A stretch of 45,801 nt of DNA, taken from the NCBI GenBank assembly GCA_045650985.1, contig JAZRRT010000155.1, positions 1-45,801 of the forward strand, in the 5' to 3' direction. Shown here piece after piece: positions 34,109 through 43,884 of the stretch. The notes under the pieces were generated by a model that saw only the letters and a list, made by a program, of their open reading frames with translations, did not search any database and was not told the origin of the DNA. The stretch is from Acutalibacteraceae bacterium (GTDB taxonomy: Bacteria > Bacillota > Clostridia > Oscillospirales > Acutalibacteraceae). Each line of letters begins with the position of its first letter. The first letter of the stretch is position 1. Both the position numbers and the translations under genes were made by a program.

Positions 34109-35350
34109 ATGTCTGCTAAAAAACAAAAAAACAAAAAAGCTAAAAGCAAAAGAGCAAAGAAAGCGCTTGGTACAATTGCCATAGTACTGGTTGCGTTTAT
34201 TGCCGTCACAGTTGTTATCACATTAATCGGTAACAACGCAAACCTCAAAAAAGCCAACTCATTCGAAACAGTACAGATTGAAAACCAGCTTGTGCCCGAA
34301 AAAGACGAAAACGACAACTGGACTTTCACAACCGATCGGGAATTCAAGGTAATGCAGCTGACCGATATACATATAGGCGGCGGTTGGATGTCGCTCGGCA
34401 AAGATGCCAAAGCACTCAACGCTGTAGCGGCAATGGTTACAGCCGAAAAGCCCGACCTTGTTGTAATTACGGGTGACATTGCCTACCCTGTTCCGTTCCA
34501 GGCAGGCACGTTCAACAATCTTAGCGGTGCAAAAATATTTGCCTCACTGATGGAAAAGCTCGGCGTTTACTGGACGATAACGCTCGGCAACCACGATTCA
34601 GAGTCATACAGCTATTACAACCGCGAAAAAATATCGAATTTCTATGCAAACAGCGACTTTAAGTATTGCCTGTATCAGCCGGGTCCTGACGATGTTGACG
34701 GATACGGCAACCACGTAATAACCGTAAAAAACAGCAAGGGCGAAACCACTCAGGCTTTATTTATGCTCGACAGCCACGCTTACACAAAGGATGACCCGTT
34801 CGGTGTCAGATGGCTTTACGACAACGTACACGAAAACCAGGTTGTATGGTACGAAAACACACTCAAGCAAATCTGCGGCGATCAGCCGACCGACAGCGTA
34901 AAATCACTGATGTTTATGCATATCCCGCTCACAGAGCTGAAAGATGCGTGGTTTGAGTATGCTGACAACGGCAACAAGGACACTGAAAACGTGAAGCTTG
35001 TATATGGCGTTGCAGGCGAAAAAGACGAAATAGTATACTGCGGTGTCGGTGACGATAACCTGTTTGAAACAATGCTCGAGCTTGGCTCAACCAAAGGTGT
35101 ATTCTTCGGACACGACCACAAAAACAACTTTGCCGCTAACTACAAAGGCATTCAGCTCAGTTACAGTTACAGTGTCGACTACCTTGCGTACATCGGAATT
35201 TCAAAAGAGGGTGCACAGCGTGGCTGCACTGTAATCAATATCAAGCCGGACGGCACGTTCACGTCAAGACTTGAAAACTACTACCAGGACAAATACGTCA
35301 CGCGTTATGAAAAAGAACCTGTAACAATGCAGGAAGTCGTATACGAATAA
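34109..35350 (+). CDS. Membrane-anchored calcineurin-like metallophosphoesterase
   Basis: Lys-rich N-terminus and one TM helix. Motifs: LTDIHIGG, ITGDIAYP, LGNHDSE, FMHIPL, FGHDHKN. Confidence 0.8.
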   Translation: MSAKKQKNKKAKSKRAKKALGTIAIVLVAFIAVTVVITLIGNNANLKKANSFETVQIENQLVPEKDENDNWTFTTDREFKVMQLTDIHIGGGWMSLGKDAKALNAVAAMVTAEKPDLVVITGDIAYPVPFQAGTFNNLSGAKIFASLMEKLGVYWTITLGNHDSESYSYYNREKISNFYANSDFKYCLYQPGPDDVDGYGNHVITVKNSKGETTQALFMLDSHAYTKDDPFGVRWLYDNVHENQVVWYENTLKQICGDQPTDSVKSLMFMHIPLTELKDAWFEYADNGNKDTENVKLVYGVAGEKDEIVYCGVGDDNLFETMLELGSTKGVFFGHDHKNNFAANYKGIQLSYSYSVDYLAYIGISKEGAQRGCTVINIKPDGTFTSRLENYYQDKYVTRYEKEPVTMQEVVYE

Positions 35351-35357
35351 AACATTT

Positions 35358-35390
35358 GAGCGGTTTCACAATACGGAACCGCTCTTTTTA
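35358..35390 (+). terminator. Intrinsic terminator
   Basis: 10-bp stem gagcggtttc / ggaaccgctc (one G-U), 7-nt loop, then a T5 run. Confidence 0.8.
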
Positions 35391-35403
35391 TTTACTTTAT
35401 ATA

Positions 35404-35432
35404 TTGTTATATTCACATTTATTTGATATAAT
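35404..35432 (+). promoter_or_regulatory. Sigma-A-type promoter of GH13 operon
   Basis: TTGTTA (35404-35409), 17-nt spacer, TATAAT (35427-35432). Confidence 0.5.
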
Positions 35433-35470
35433 TGAAGTTAGAGTCAATCTCGAAGGGAGCTTTAGTAAAA

Positions 35471-37135
35471 ATGAAAAAAACTTATTGGTACAAGGACGTA
35501 GTCTGCTATCAAATCTGGCCCCGTTCATTCTGCGACGGTAACGGCGACGGCATAGGAGACCTTGAAGGTGTTCTTTCAAAACTCGATTATCTTAAAGAAT
35601 TAGGCATTACGTGCATCTGGTTCTCACCGCTTTACTGCTCACCGAATGCTGACTTCGGATATGACATTTCCGATTACAGAAACATTTCTCCCGATTACGG
35701 TGACAACGAACTTTTCAAGAAAGTTCTTGATGAGGCGCACAAGCGCGGCATAAAAGTTATAATGGATCTTGTTGTCAACCACTCATCAGACGAACACGAA
35801 TGGTTCAAGCAGGGTATTGACAAAAACAGCAAGTATCACGACTATTACATCTGGCGTGACGGCAAGGGAAAGAAGCGTCCCAACAACTGGTCCTCACTTT
35901 TCGAGGGCAAAGCCTGGGAATATAACGAAGAGAACAATCAGTATTATCTTCACCTCTTCTCAAAGAAACAGCCCGACCTCAATATGGATAACCCTGCGGT
36001 ACGTCAGGAAGTTAAGGACATTATGCGTTTCTGGCTCGATATGGGTGTTGACGGTTTTCGTGAGGACGTTATCACCTTCGTATCAAAGCGCGAAGGTCTG
36101 CCCAACGGCTTCCCCATCCCTCAGGCTTGCGGTATGGAGCATTATATGGACGGTCCGCATATTCACGAATATCTCAAAGAATTCCGCGAGGTACTCAACG
36201 AATATGATTGCTTTGTAGTTGGCGAAGCACCGATGATGACGCCGAAAAAAGCTCTCAAATACATCACCGAAGGCGACAATATGGAGCTTGATATGATGTT
36301 CCACTTCCAGCACATGGAAGCTGATTGCCTCTTCACGGACTTTATGGCTATGCCGTTCAGCCTCAAGAGGCTTAAGGGCGCATTCTCAAAGTGGCAGGAG
36401 GGCCTTTACGGCAAATCGTGGAATGCTCTCTATATGGAAAACCACGACCATCCCAGAATAATCTCCCGCTACGGCAGCGAAAAATACAGAAACGCAAGCG
36501 GCAAGACCATTGCAAACTCATATATGCTTCAGTGCGGCACCCCCTTCATCTATCAGGGTCAGGAAATCGGCATGGTAAACATCCATCTTCCCACCGTCGA
36601 AGAGTATCAGGACGTTTTTGCAATCAACAACCGTAAGACACTCAAAATGCTTGGTTTCTCCGACGAGAAGGTTGAGCAGCGTCTTAAAACCGCAAGCCGC
36701 GGTAACGCACGTACTCCCGTACAGTGGGATGACAGCGAAAACGCAGGCTTCACAACAGGCACTCCCTGGATGCCTGTCAACCCCAACTACAAAGACGGTA
36801 TCAACGCTAAAGCCGAAATGGCTGACCCCAACTCAATCTTCAACCACTACAAGGCAATTATCAAATTCCGTAAAGAAAACCCGATTGCGGTATACGGTGC
36901 ATACAAAGAGTATTACAAATCCAGCAAAGACCTATATGTATATGAGCGCACACACGAAGGCAAAAAGATGCTCGTCATCTGCTCATTTACGGAGAAGGCT
37001 GTTAAATTCACTGCTCCCGCAGGCTACGACCTGACACAAGGCAAGGCTATTCTCTGCAGCCACGAGGACAATCCGCTTACAGGTAACGGTTTTACAACAA
37101 GACCTTACGAAACCAGAGTTTATTTCTTTGATTGA
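35471..37135 (+). CDS. GH13 oligo-1,6-glucosidase / alpha-glucosidase / trehalose-6-phosphate hydrolase-type enzyme
   Basis: WYKDVVCYQIWPRSFCDGNGDGIGDLEGV..KLDYLKELGITCIWFSP, DLVVNHSSDEH, GVDGFREDV, VGEA and YMENHDHPR cover GH13 conserved regions I-IV. ATG 35471 is preferred over 35432 and has a GAAGGGAG SD. Confidence 0.9.
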   Translation: MKKTYWYKDVVCYQIWPRSFCDGNGDGIGDLEGVLSKLDYLKELGITCIWFSPLYCSPNADFGYDISDYRNISPDYGDNELFKKVLDEAHKRGIKVIMDLVVNHSSDEHEWFKQGIDKNSKYHDYYIWRDGKGKKRPNNWSSLFEGKAWEYNEENNQYYLHLFSKKQPDLNMDNPAVRQEVKDIMRFWLDMGVDGFREDVITFVSKREGLPNGFPIPQACGMEHYMDGPHIHEYLKEFREVLNEYDCFVVGEAPMMTPKKALKYITEGDNMELDMMFHFQHMEADCLFTDFMAMPFSLKRLKGAFSKWQEGLYGKSWNALYMENHDHPRIISRYGSEKYRNASGKTIANSYMLQCGTPFIYQGQEIGMVNIHLPTVEEYQDVFAINNRKTLKMLGFSDEKVEQRLKTASRGNARTPVQWDDSENAGFTTGTPWMPVNPNYKDGINAKAEMADPNSIFNHYKAIIKFRKENPIAVYGAYKEYYKSSKDLYVYERTHEGKKMLVICSFTEKAVKFTAPAGYDLTQGKAILCSHEDNPLTGNGFTTRPYETRVYFFD

Positions 37136-37136
37136 T

Positions 37137-37802
37137 ATGCGTGAGCTGACTGTAAGAGAAGACATCACAACACAGCTGATATTCATCAGGCACGGCGAAT
37201 CCTACGGCAACCTCGGTCTGCCGACACCCGAAGGATACAGCGAGGAAGACACACCGCTGACACCGCACGGTATGGCTCAGGCGCAGGCACTTGCCGACTA
37301 CTGGTTTGACGGCGTTGAGATTGCGCACATATACGCAAGCCCTTTCAGCCGCACAATCCGCACTATTTATCCTACGGCGCAAAAGCTCGGCAAAACCATT
37401 GAGCTTATGCCTGACCTGCTCGAATACGGTTCAATCACCGCAGGCTGTGAAAAAGAAAAGATTGCAAAAGATTTTCCGCTCGCCATACCCTGCAAGGGCG
37501 AAACAAGTCCCACAGGCGCATCAATGCTTTTGCCCGCAAACGAAAGTCACAAGCAGGCACAGATAAGGGCGAAACGGTTTATCGAATACGTACACGGTAT
37601 TTATCACAGCGGTGAAACAGTAATTGTTTCAACCCACGGCACGTTTTTCAGCTATCTTGTAAGAGCCGCCCTCAACGCAGATGGTGAATCGGCTTTCAAT
37701 TCGCAGATAGATAACACAGCCGTTACCATTGTTGTGTTAAGAGACAGCAAGCCGCCGCTACTCAGAACAGCAAACAACACGTCACATCTCCACACAAAAT
37801 AA
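37137..37802 (+). CDS. Histidine phosphatase family protein (phosphoglycerate-mutase-like)
   Basis: LIFIRHGESYGN (RHG motif) and a downstream STHGTFF second His. ATG 37137 lies 1 nt after the GH13 stop; the track start at TTG 37128 overlaps it. Confidence 0.8.
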   Translation: MRELTVREDITTQLIFIRHGESYGNLGLPTPEGYSEEDTPLTPHGMAQAQALADYWFDGVEIAHIYASPFSRTIRTIYPTAQKLGKTIELMPDLLEYGSITAGCEKEKIAKDFPLAIPCKGETSPTGASMLLPANESHKQAQIRAKRFIEYVHGIYHSGETVIVSTHGTFFSYLVRAALNADGESAFNSQIDNTAVTIVVLRDSKPPLLRTANNTSHLHTK

Positions 37803-37806
37803 AAGC

Positions 37807-37850
37807 ACCGCCGCAGAAGAAAAAACACTTCTGCGGCGGTATATTTTTGT
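37807..37850. terminator. Intrinsic terminator (strong, usable from both sides)
   Basis: 13-bp GC-rich stem accgccgcagaag / cttctgcggcggt with an A-rich loop, followed by atatttttgtctttttt and preceded by an A run. Confidence 0.8.
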
Positions 37851-38003
37851 CTTTTTTATTCCCGAAGGCAACAATGTTGCGTCTGCTCTGTGATTTATTC
37901 AAGCAAGCGCCTGTAAAGTTATATATCTTTACAGCAAACAAACCTATTTTGCCTCAATTTATCTCGGCAGAAAGAACGGAATTTTTGAATCACAAACTCC
38001 CTG

Positions 38004-38909
38004 TTACATATCTGAGCACACTTGAAACAGTTTTTCAAGATTTTCGTCTGAATACTCAATCTCTGATGAATACATCCTCGCGGCTTCTGCTAAGCCAAAT
38101 TCGGCTGAAAGAGTAAAAATAATCCTGCAACTGAGTACTGAAAAAGCCATTTTTGACGAAACATCGCCATCATACAGAGCTGACGGCAGATGACGGAACA
38201 AAAAACAGCACAACAAATTTTCAGCCGCAACCTCATCATCACAGCTTTCCGCCAACACTTTTTCCTTGCTGAGAGCTTCAAGGCAACGATTCCATTCCGG
38301 GTCAAGCCGCTCCAACGAGGCAAAGAAAACAGACCATTCCGACGGTGAACGTTCAGGAAAATTCACCGAAAATCTATCGAGCAAATTTACAATTCTTTCA
38401 GATACCGTAAAGTTTCTGTCCTTTACAACCGAAAGTGCATTGTCTCTGATTGAAATCAGTTCAAGCTCTTCCTCATCAGCTATACTCTCAGTGTCATCTT
38501 CACCGATAACCTCAATTTCAAACGGCGTTTTGCTTTCGGTTATAAGCTTAGCCGCCGCTTCACAGCACAGACCGAGACCGATTTCTGTTCTGTCCGAAAA
38601 GAAGTTGCGAAAGCGTGGATGATCAGCGCAAATATCGCACAAGGCATCCTCTCCGCAGAAAATTATTATATCGCACAGACCGTCGCAATTGAGAAACGGA
38701 CATCTTTCATCTTCCTCGAGCACAAAGTGCGGTGTTTCGTCTGACGAAATACAGCGGTGTAATCTTTCACCCAATTCGCCTCCGACAGTTTTATAAAAAG
38801 CATAGGTATCTTCATCAATATCAATTTCCCAGCCTTTACAACAGCTATGCTTGCAAGCGGATGCTGTGCAAACAAACTTATTGTAGTATTCGGGCGCCAT
38901 TAATTTCAT
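38004..38909 (-). CDS. FliB-like Cys-rich protein (flagellin lysine-N-methylase family / CxxCxxCC-type metal-chelating domain)
   Basis: The N-terminus YYNKFVCTASACKHSCCKGWEIDID and a second cluster ERCPFLNCDGLCDI...CDICADHPRF match the FliB/YkgJ-type cysteine pattern as I remember it. Confidence 0.65.
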   Translation of the reverse strand: MKLMAPEYYNKFVCTASACKHSCCKGWEIDIDEDTYAFYKTVGGELGERLHRCISSDETPHFVLEEDERCPFLNCDGLCDIIIFCGEDALCDICADHPRFRNFFSDRTEIGLGLCCEAAAKLITESKTPFEIEVIGEDDTESIADEEELELISIRDNALSVVKDRNFTVSERIVNLLDRFSVNFPERSPSEWSVFFASLERLDPEWNRCLEALSKEKVLAESCDDEVAAENLLCCFLFRHLPSALYDGDVSSKMAFSVLSCRIIFTLSAEFGLAEAARMYSSEIEYSDENLEKLFQVCSDM

Positions 38910-38934
38910 TTTTTATCACCTGTAAAATTATACT

Positions 38935-39639
38935 TCATCCGTTCTTTAAAGTCAATTCTCCCGGACCCTTCAGACCGCTGCATTCAAACAGAGCACACAA
39001 AAACAAAAACGGGTCTATACCATCGGGGCAGAGATGCAGATATTCATGCGGAATATCATCAGCGACAAATTTGCGGAACACCTCACAAGGCGAAAGGCGC
39101 AGTGTAGCATCGCCAATAGCCTCATCCGACACAGCTACATCAAACTTCTCGGTTTCGCTCACCCCACCGCACACCCTGATGCTTGCGCCGTACTCATCCA
39201 TAATTGCGATGCTTGCATCAACATATTTTTCTGGTTCATCCGTAACAACAGTTATTCTGGAAGCAGAAGGCACAACACGCACCGCATAATCTGCAAGCAC
39301 ACCCTGCCTGTCGGCAATCAGAACACTTCTGCTGAGCTTTTCCGACGCTGAAGCGGCAACTGTGTTTATAAGAATAAGCGATGGCAAAACCTGCGGCACA
39401 AATCGCTCAATTCCTGCGCTTATCGGAATCTGCACACCTTCAGGCAAAAGCATAAACTTTGCGCTTGAGCCTGCCGCCTGAGCAACCAACTTCCAGTCTA
39501 TCCCCTTTTTGCCGGCTGTAACGTTAATAACCTTATACGGCGCGGCACCTCTGACGGGGCTGAGCACCATTTCAACCGTGCACTTCCTTTTGCCGAACAG
39601 ACTTTTCTTTGGCTGAATAACTTTTAGAACAGAAAACAT
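38935..39639 (-). CDS. Hypothetical protein (234 aa), no recognised family
   Basis: GGAG 7 nt upstream of ATG. It ends 25 nt before the FliB-like gene, so a two-gene operon is likely. The protein appears soluble and I recognise no motifs. Confidence 0.55.
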   Translation of the reverse strand: MFSVLKVIQPKKSLFGKRKCTVEMVLSPVRGAAPYKVINVTAGKKGIDWKLVAQAAGSSAKFMLLPEGVQIPISAGIERFVPQVLPSLILINTVAASASEKLSRSVLIADRQGVLADYAVRVVPSASRITVVTDEPEKYVDASIAIMDEYGASIRVCGGVSETEKFDVAVSDEAIGDATLRLSPCEVFRKFVADDIPHEYLHLCPDGIDPFLFLCALFECSGLKGPGELTLKNG

Positions 39640-39688
39640 ATCAACACTCCGTGCAAATAATTTTACTTAAAGATATGTTTTCGGACAT

Positions 39689-39722
39689 AAAAAAATCCGC
39701 CTTTGTGAAAAAGCGGATTTTA
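39689..39722 (-). terminator. Intrinsic terminator after the 39728-40381 gene
   Basis: Stem aaatccgc / gcggattt with a 12-nt loop. On the minus strand it is followed by a T7 run. Confidence 0.65.
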
Positions 39723-39727
39723 AAACA

Positions 39728-40381
39728 TTATTTATTTTCTTCAGCTTGTTGCTTTTTTCTCTTCTTCGCATCGGCAAAAGCAAAACAGAACATACCTGTC
39801 AGCGCGCCACCTGCACCGAGAATGAAATCCCACATCGTGTCGATAAGACCTTCGTTTGTGAAGGGACTTGAAACCTGAAGATTAAAGCCGTAAATCTTAT
39901 CCATTGTAAACTCGTAGAATTCCCAACCGACAAGGATTGCAACAGCCATAGCAAAGCCCGCCATAGCGCCGATTGAAGGAGCTAACGGAATCTTTTTCTT
40001 TTCCTGCATAATTATAAGCAGCCTTGCGCTCCAGCCGGAAGCAATAAAGCCGGCAAAGAAATGCGTTACAACATCGGAATATGTGAAATCCGTACGGTTG
40101 TTAAGCGTTGAACCGATACACACGCCCAAAGTTATGAAAAGAGTAAGATGCGTCTGGAACTGCCACGGAAGCTGAGTAATAAAGGATTTGCCGCCAAAAA
40201 TCTGGAACATATCCCAAAGATGAGTAAACGCTATGGCAAATATGCCCTGGAGAAACTCTGACGTATAGCCTCTGAACAAACCGTTGATGCCCCAGATAAG
40301 CAATGCCGCGCGGCAAGCCCACCAAAGCCATATCGTTTTGTTAGGCATACGCGGAATCGGATTAAGTGTTTTTTTCTTCAT
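39728..40381 (-). CDS. Polytopic membrane protein, unknown function
   Basis: 217 aa with about 6 hydrophobic helices and a Lys-rich C-terminal tail. It starts 10 nt after the VanY-like gene stop. Confidence 0.6.
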   Translation of the reverse strand: MKKKTLNPIPRMPNKTIWLWWACRAALLIWGINGLFRGYTSEFLQGIFAIAFTHLWDMFQIFGGKSFITQLPWQFQTHLTLFITLGVCIGSTLNNRTDFTYSDVVTHFFAGFIASGWSARLLIIMQEKKKIPLAPSIGAMAGFAMAVAILVGWEFYEFTMDKIYGFNLQVSSPFTNEGLIDTMWDFILGAGGALTGMFCFAFADAKKRKKQQAEENK

Positions 40382-40391
40382 TATGTATCCC

Positions 40392-41300
40392 TTATGCCAT
40401 TCCTAAATATTCTTCAAGCGTTACGCCCGATGCCTTAATTTCCTTTGCAGCCTTAACACCGACGTAGCGCCAATGCCACGGCTCATAAGTAATCTTTGTT
40501 ATGTGCTTTGTGTCGCTTTCGTAGCGGAGGATAAAGCCGTAATCCGCCGCGTGTTCGCTGAGCCATTTGAAAGCATCCGTCTTTGCAAAGTTTTCGTCAA
40601 GCGTATAATTACCGTTTGTGCCGAAATCCATAGCAAGACCCGCGTTATGCTCACTTGTGCCGGGCATAAGAACAATCTCGGAAGCAAGCCTTGTTGCCTC
40701 AGCCTTGTTGTAGCCCAGATTGACGTAATAATTTATCTTACGCTCAAAATTTGTGTGCTGGCGATCATACGAACGATAACCCGAAACAGGGATAAGTGAT
40801 ATTCCGTCAGCCTCTGCCGCAGCTATCATATCGTTGTAATAAGGAACAACGCGGTAATCAAGCGACTGAGCGCCGCCCTTAACGGCAGCGGTTTTAACGC
40901 TGAAGCTTTCGGGAAGAATATAATCGCGATTTACGAGCAGAAGATACCACTTTTCGTTGTTTACCACCGCAACGGACGGATTGAAGCCTGCGTATGCATA
41001 CTCATACTCCGAGCCGGAAGCCGGCTTATTCGTCGTTGAAGGTTTTGTGGCAGACGGCTTTGTTGAAAAAGGCTTTGTTGTCTGCTCAACCGAAGGACGG
41101 GTTGCATCCGTCACTTCAGAGGGCAAACCGACATTCTCACCCGGCTCCGATACGGAGTTGAAGGAGATTGTTTCGTTTTTGCCGGACGAATCATTATCGT
41201 TTGAGTCGATAACAAGCCAACCTGCGCCGATAACCGCTATACCGGAAACTGCAACAATAATACACACAACGGCAATTATGATAAGAGCACGTCTGTTCAA
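40392..41300 (-). CDS. Membrane-anchored D-alanyl-D-alanine carboxypeptidase (VanY / peptidase M15B family)
   Basis: N-terminal TM anchor and a Ser/Thr/Pro linker. Zn-site motifs: SGYRSYDRQ, SEHNAGLAMD, EPWHWRYVG. Confidence 0.85.
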   Translation of the reverse strand: MNRRALIIIAVVCIIVAVSGIAVIGAGWLVIDSNDNDSSGKNETISFNSVSEPGENVGLPSEVTDATRPSVEQTTKPFSTKPSATKPSTTNKPASGSEYEYAYAGFNPSVAVVNNEKWYLLLVNRDYILPESFSVKTAAVKGGAQSLDYRVVPYYNDMIAAAEADGISLIPVSGYRSYDRQHTNFERKINYYVNLGYNKAEATRLASEIVLMPGTSEHNAGLAMDFGTNGNYTLDENFAKTDAFKWLSEHAADYGFILRYESDTKHITKITYEPWHWRYVGVKAAKEIKASGVTLEEYLGMA

Positions 41301-41332
41301 AATAATCAGACCTTCCGGATTAGATTAATTAA

Positions 41333-42866
<1,534 letters not shown>

Positions 42867-42931
42867 TACAATCTTTGAATAAAAATTAGTAAAATATTTG
42901 CAAATTTATCGCACGCTATTTGTTAAAAAAA

Positions 42932-43522
42932 TCAATAGTAACGATGAAGCGCAACAACTTTGCCGAGCACAACCGCCTCTTCGACTATAATCGGCTCGTA
43001 AGAATCGTTCTCAGGCTGAAGCCTGAAGTGACCTTTTTCTTTAAAGAAACGCTTGACAGTTGCCTCATCCTCGACAAGGGCAACAACAATTTCGCCGTTG
43101 CGGGCAACAGGTGTGCGTTCAACAACAACGAGGTCGCCGTCGAAGATGCCTGCGTTAATCATACTTTCACCCTTGACACGAAGCGCAAAGAGTGATTTAT
43201 CCTTGGCGGCATAGCCTGTGTAGGGAACGTAGCCTTCTACCTGCTCAACGGCAAGAATCGGTGCACCGGCGGTAACCGTACCGAGAATCGGCACCTGTTT
43301 GATGTTGGCTGTATCCTCCTGACCAACGATGCGGATTGAACGCTTGAGAAGCGGATCGCGCGAGATAAAGCCCTCACGTTCAAGAGCATCAAGGCAGGCC
43401 TGCACCGATGAAGTTGACTTGAGACCGACGTAAGCGCCTATTTCGCGGACTGAAGGCGGAACACCGTCCTGCAGCCTCTCGAGTAAAAATTCATAAATTC
43501 TTCTTTGGGTATCGTTTAACAT
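42932..43522 (-). CDS. lexA: LexA repressor (SOS regulator, S24 peptidase)
   Basis: The winged-helix N-terminus (LNDTQRRIYEFLLE..., REIG...GLKSTSSV) is followed by an Ala-Gly cleavage region and the S24 catalytic motifs (GESM ... KR). Confidence 0.95.
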   Translation of the reverse strand: MLNDTQRRIYEFLLERLQDGVPPSVREIGAYVGLKSTSSVQACLDALEREGFISRDPLLKRSIRIVGQEDTANIKQVPILGTVTAGAPILAVEQVEGYVPYTGYAAKDKSLFALRVKGESMINAGIFDGDLVVVERTPVARNGEIVVALVEDEATVKRFFKEKGHFRLQPENDSYEPIIVEEAVVLGKVVALHRYY

Positions 43523-43562
43523 AACAGTTAACCTCCCTGCAAAATTTCACACTTTTCTTGTA

Positions 43563-43576
43563 AGAACATATGTTTG
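43563..43576. promoter_or_regulatory. LexA (SOS/Cheo-type) box 1
   Basis: AGAACATATGTTTG matches the Gram-positive GAAC-N4-GTTY consensus. It lies between the -10 hexamer and the lexA SD. Confidence 0.7.
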
Positions 43577-43581
43577 ATTTG

Positions 43582-43610
43582 ATTATAGCACAGTATTTTC
43601 GAAAAAGCAA
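43582..43610 (-). promoter_or_regulatory. lexA promoter
   Basis: On the minus strand: TTGCTT (43605-43610), 17-nt spacer, TGcTATAAT extended -10 (TATAAT at 43582-43587). It is bracketed by the two LexA boxes. Confidence 0.6.
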
Positions 43611-43621
43611 ACATTTGTTTG
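43608..43621. promoter_or_regulatory. LexA (SOS/Cheo-type) box 2
   Basis: CAAACATTTGTTTG is embedded in the perfect palindrome gcaaaca-tt-tgtttgc and overlaps the -35 of the lexA promoter. Confidence 0.65.
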
Positions 43622-43687
43622 CTGAATTTTTAAATTTTTTTCAACTTTTGTTTTGCAATCAAAAAAACACTTTGATTTAACACTTTA

Positions 43688-43717
43688 TTCACAGGAAAAG
43701 CAAAGGCGGCTGATAAT
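43688..43717 (+). promoter_or_regulatory. Candidate plus-strand promoter upstream of structured leader
   Basis: TTCACA (43688-43693), 18-nt spacer, GATAAT (43712-43717). Imperfect hexamers. Confidence 0.3.
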
Positions 43718-43725
43718 ATAAATTT

Positions 43726-43774
43726 GCACTTGAGAGGAACAAAGCCGCATTGTTCTTCTCACAGAAGTGCTTTT
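43726..43774 (+). other. Extended stem-loop H1 followed by TTTT
   Basis: gcactt+gagaggaaca pairs with tgttcttctc+(acag bulge)+aagtgc, giving 16 bp with one G-U and loop aagccgcat. TTTT follows. Confidence 0.5.
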
Positions 43775-43796
43775 ACCCCCTCAATTTGCGAAAAAA

Positions 43797-43823
43797 CGCT
43801 CGGTGTTATATCGGGCGTTTTTT
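43797..43823 (+). terminator. Intrinsic terminator-like hairpin H2, 60 nt upstream of the M23 peptidase start
   Basis: 7-bp stem cgctcgg / tcgggcg (two G-U), loop tgttata. An A6 run precedes it and a T6 run follows. Confidence 0.5.
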
Positions 43824-43884
43824 CCGTTTTGTTGTATAAATTCTCTTCGCGCAGACAAAAATAGCTGTACGGAGGGATAAAAAG

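Noticed and set aside
43726-43823. Tested the lexA/M23 leader by eye against the c-di-AMP (ydaO/kimA-type) riboswitch, which often precedes wall hydrolase genes.
   Set aside because: The element is too short, and I could not find the pseudo-symmetric conserved cores of that class. It is left as an unclassified structured element.
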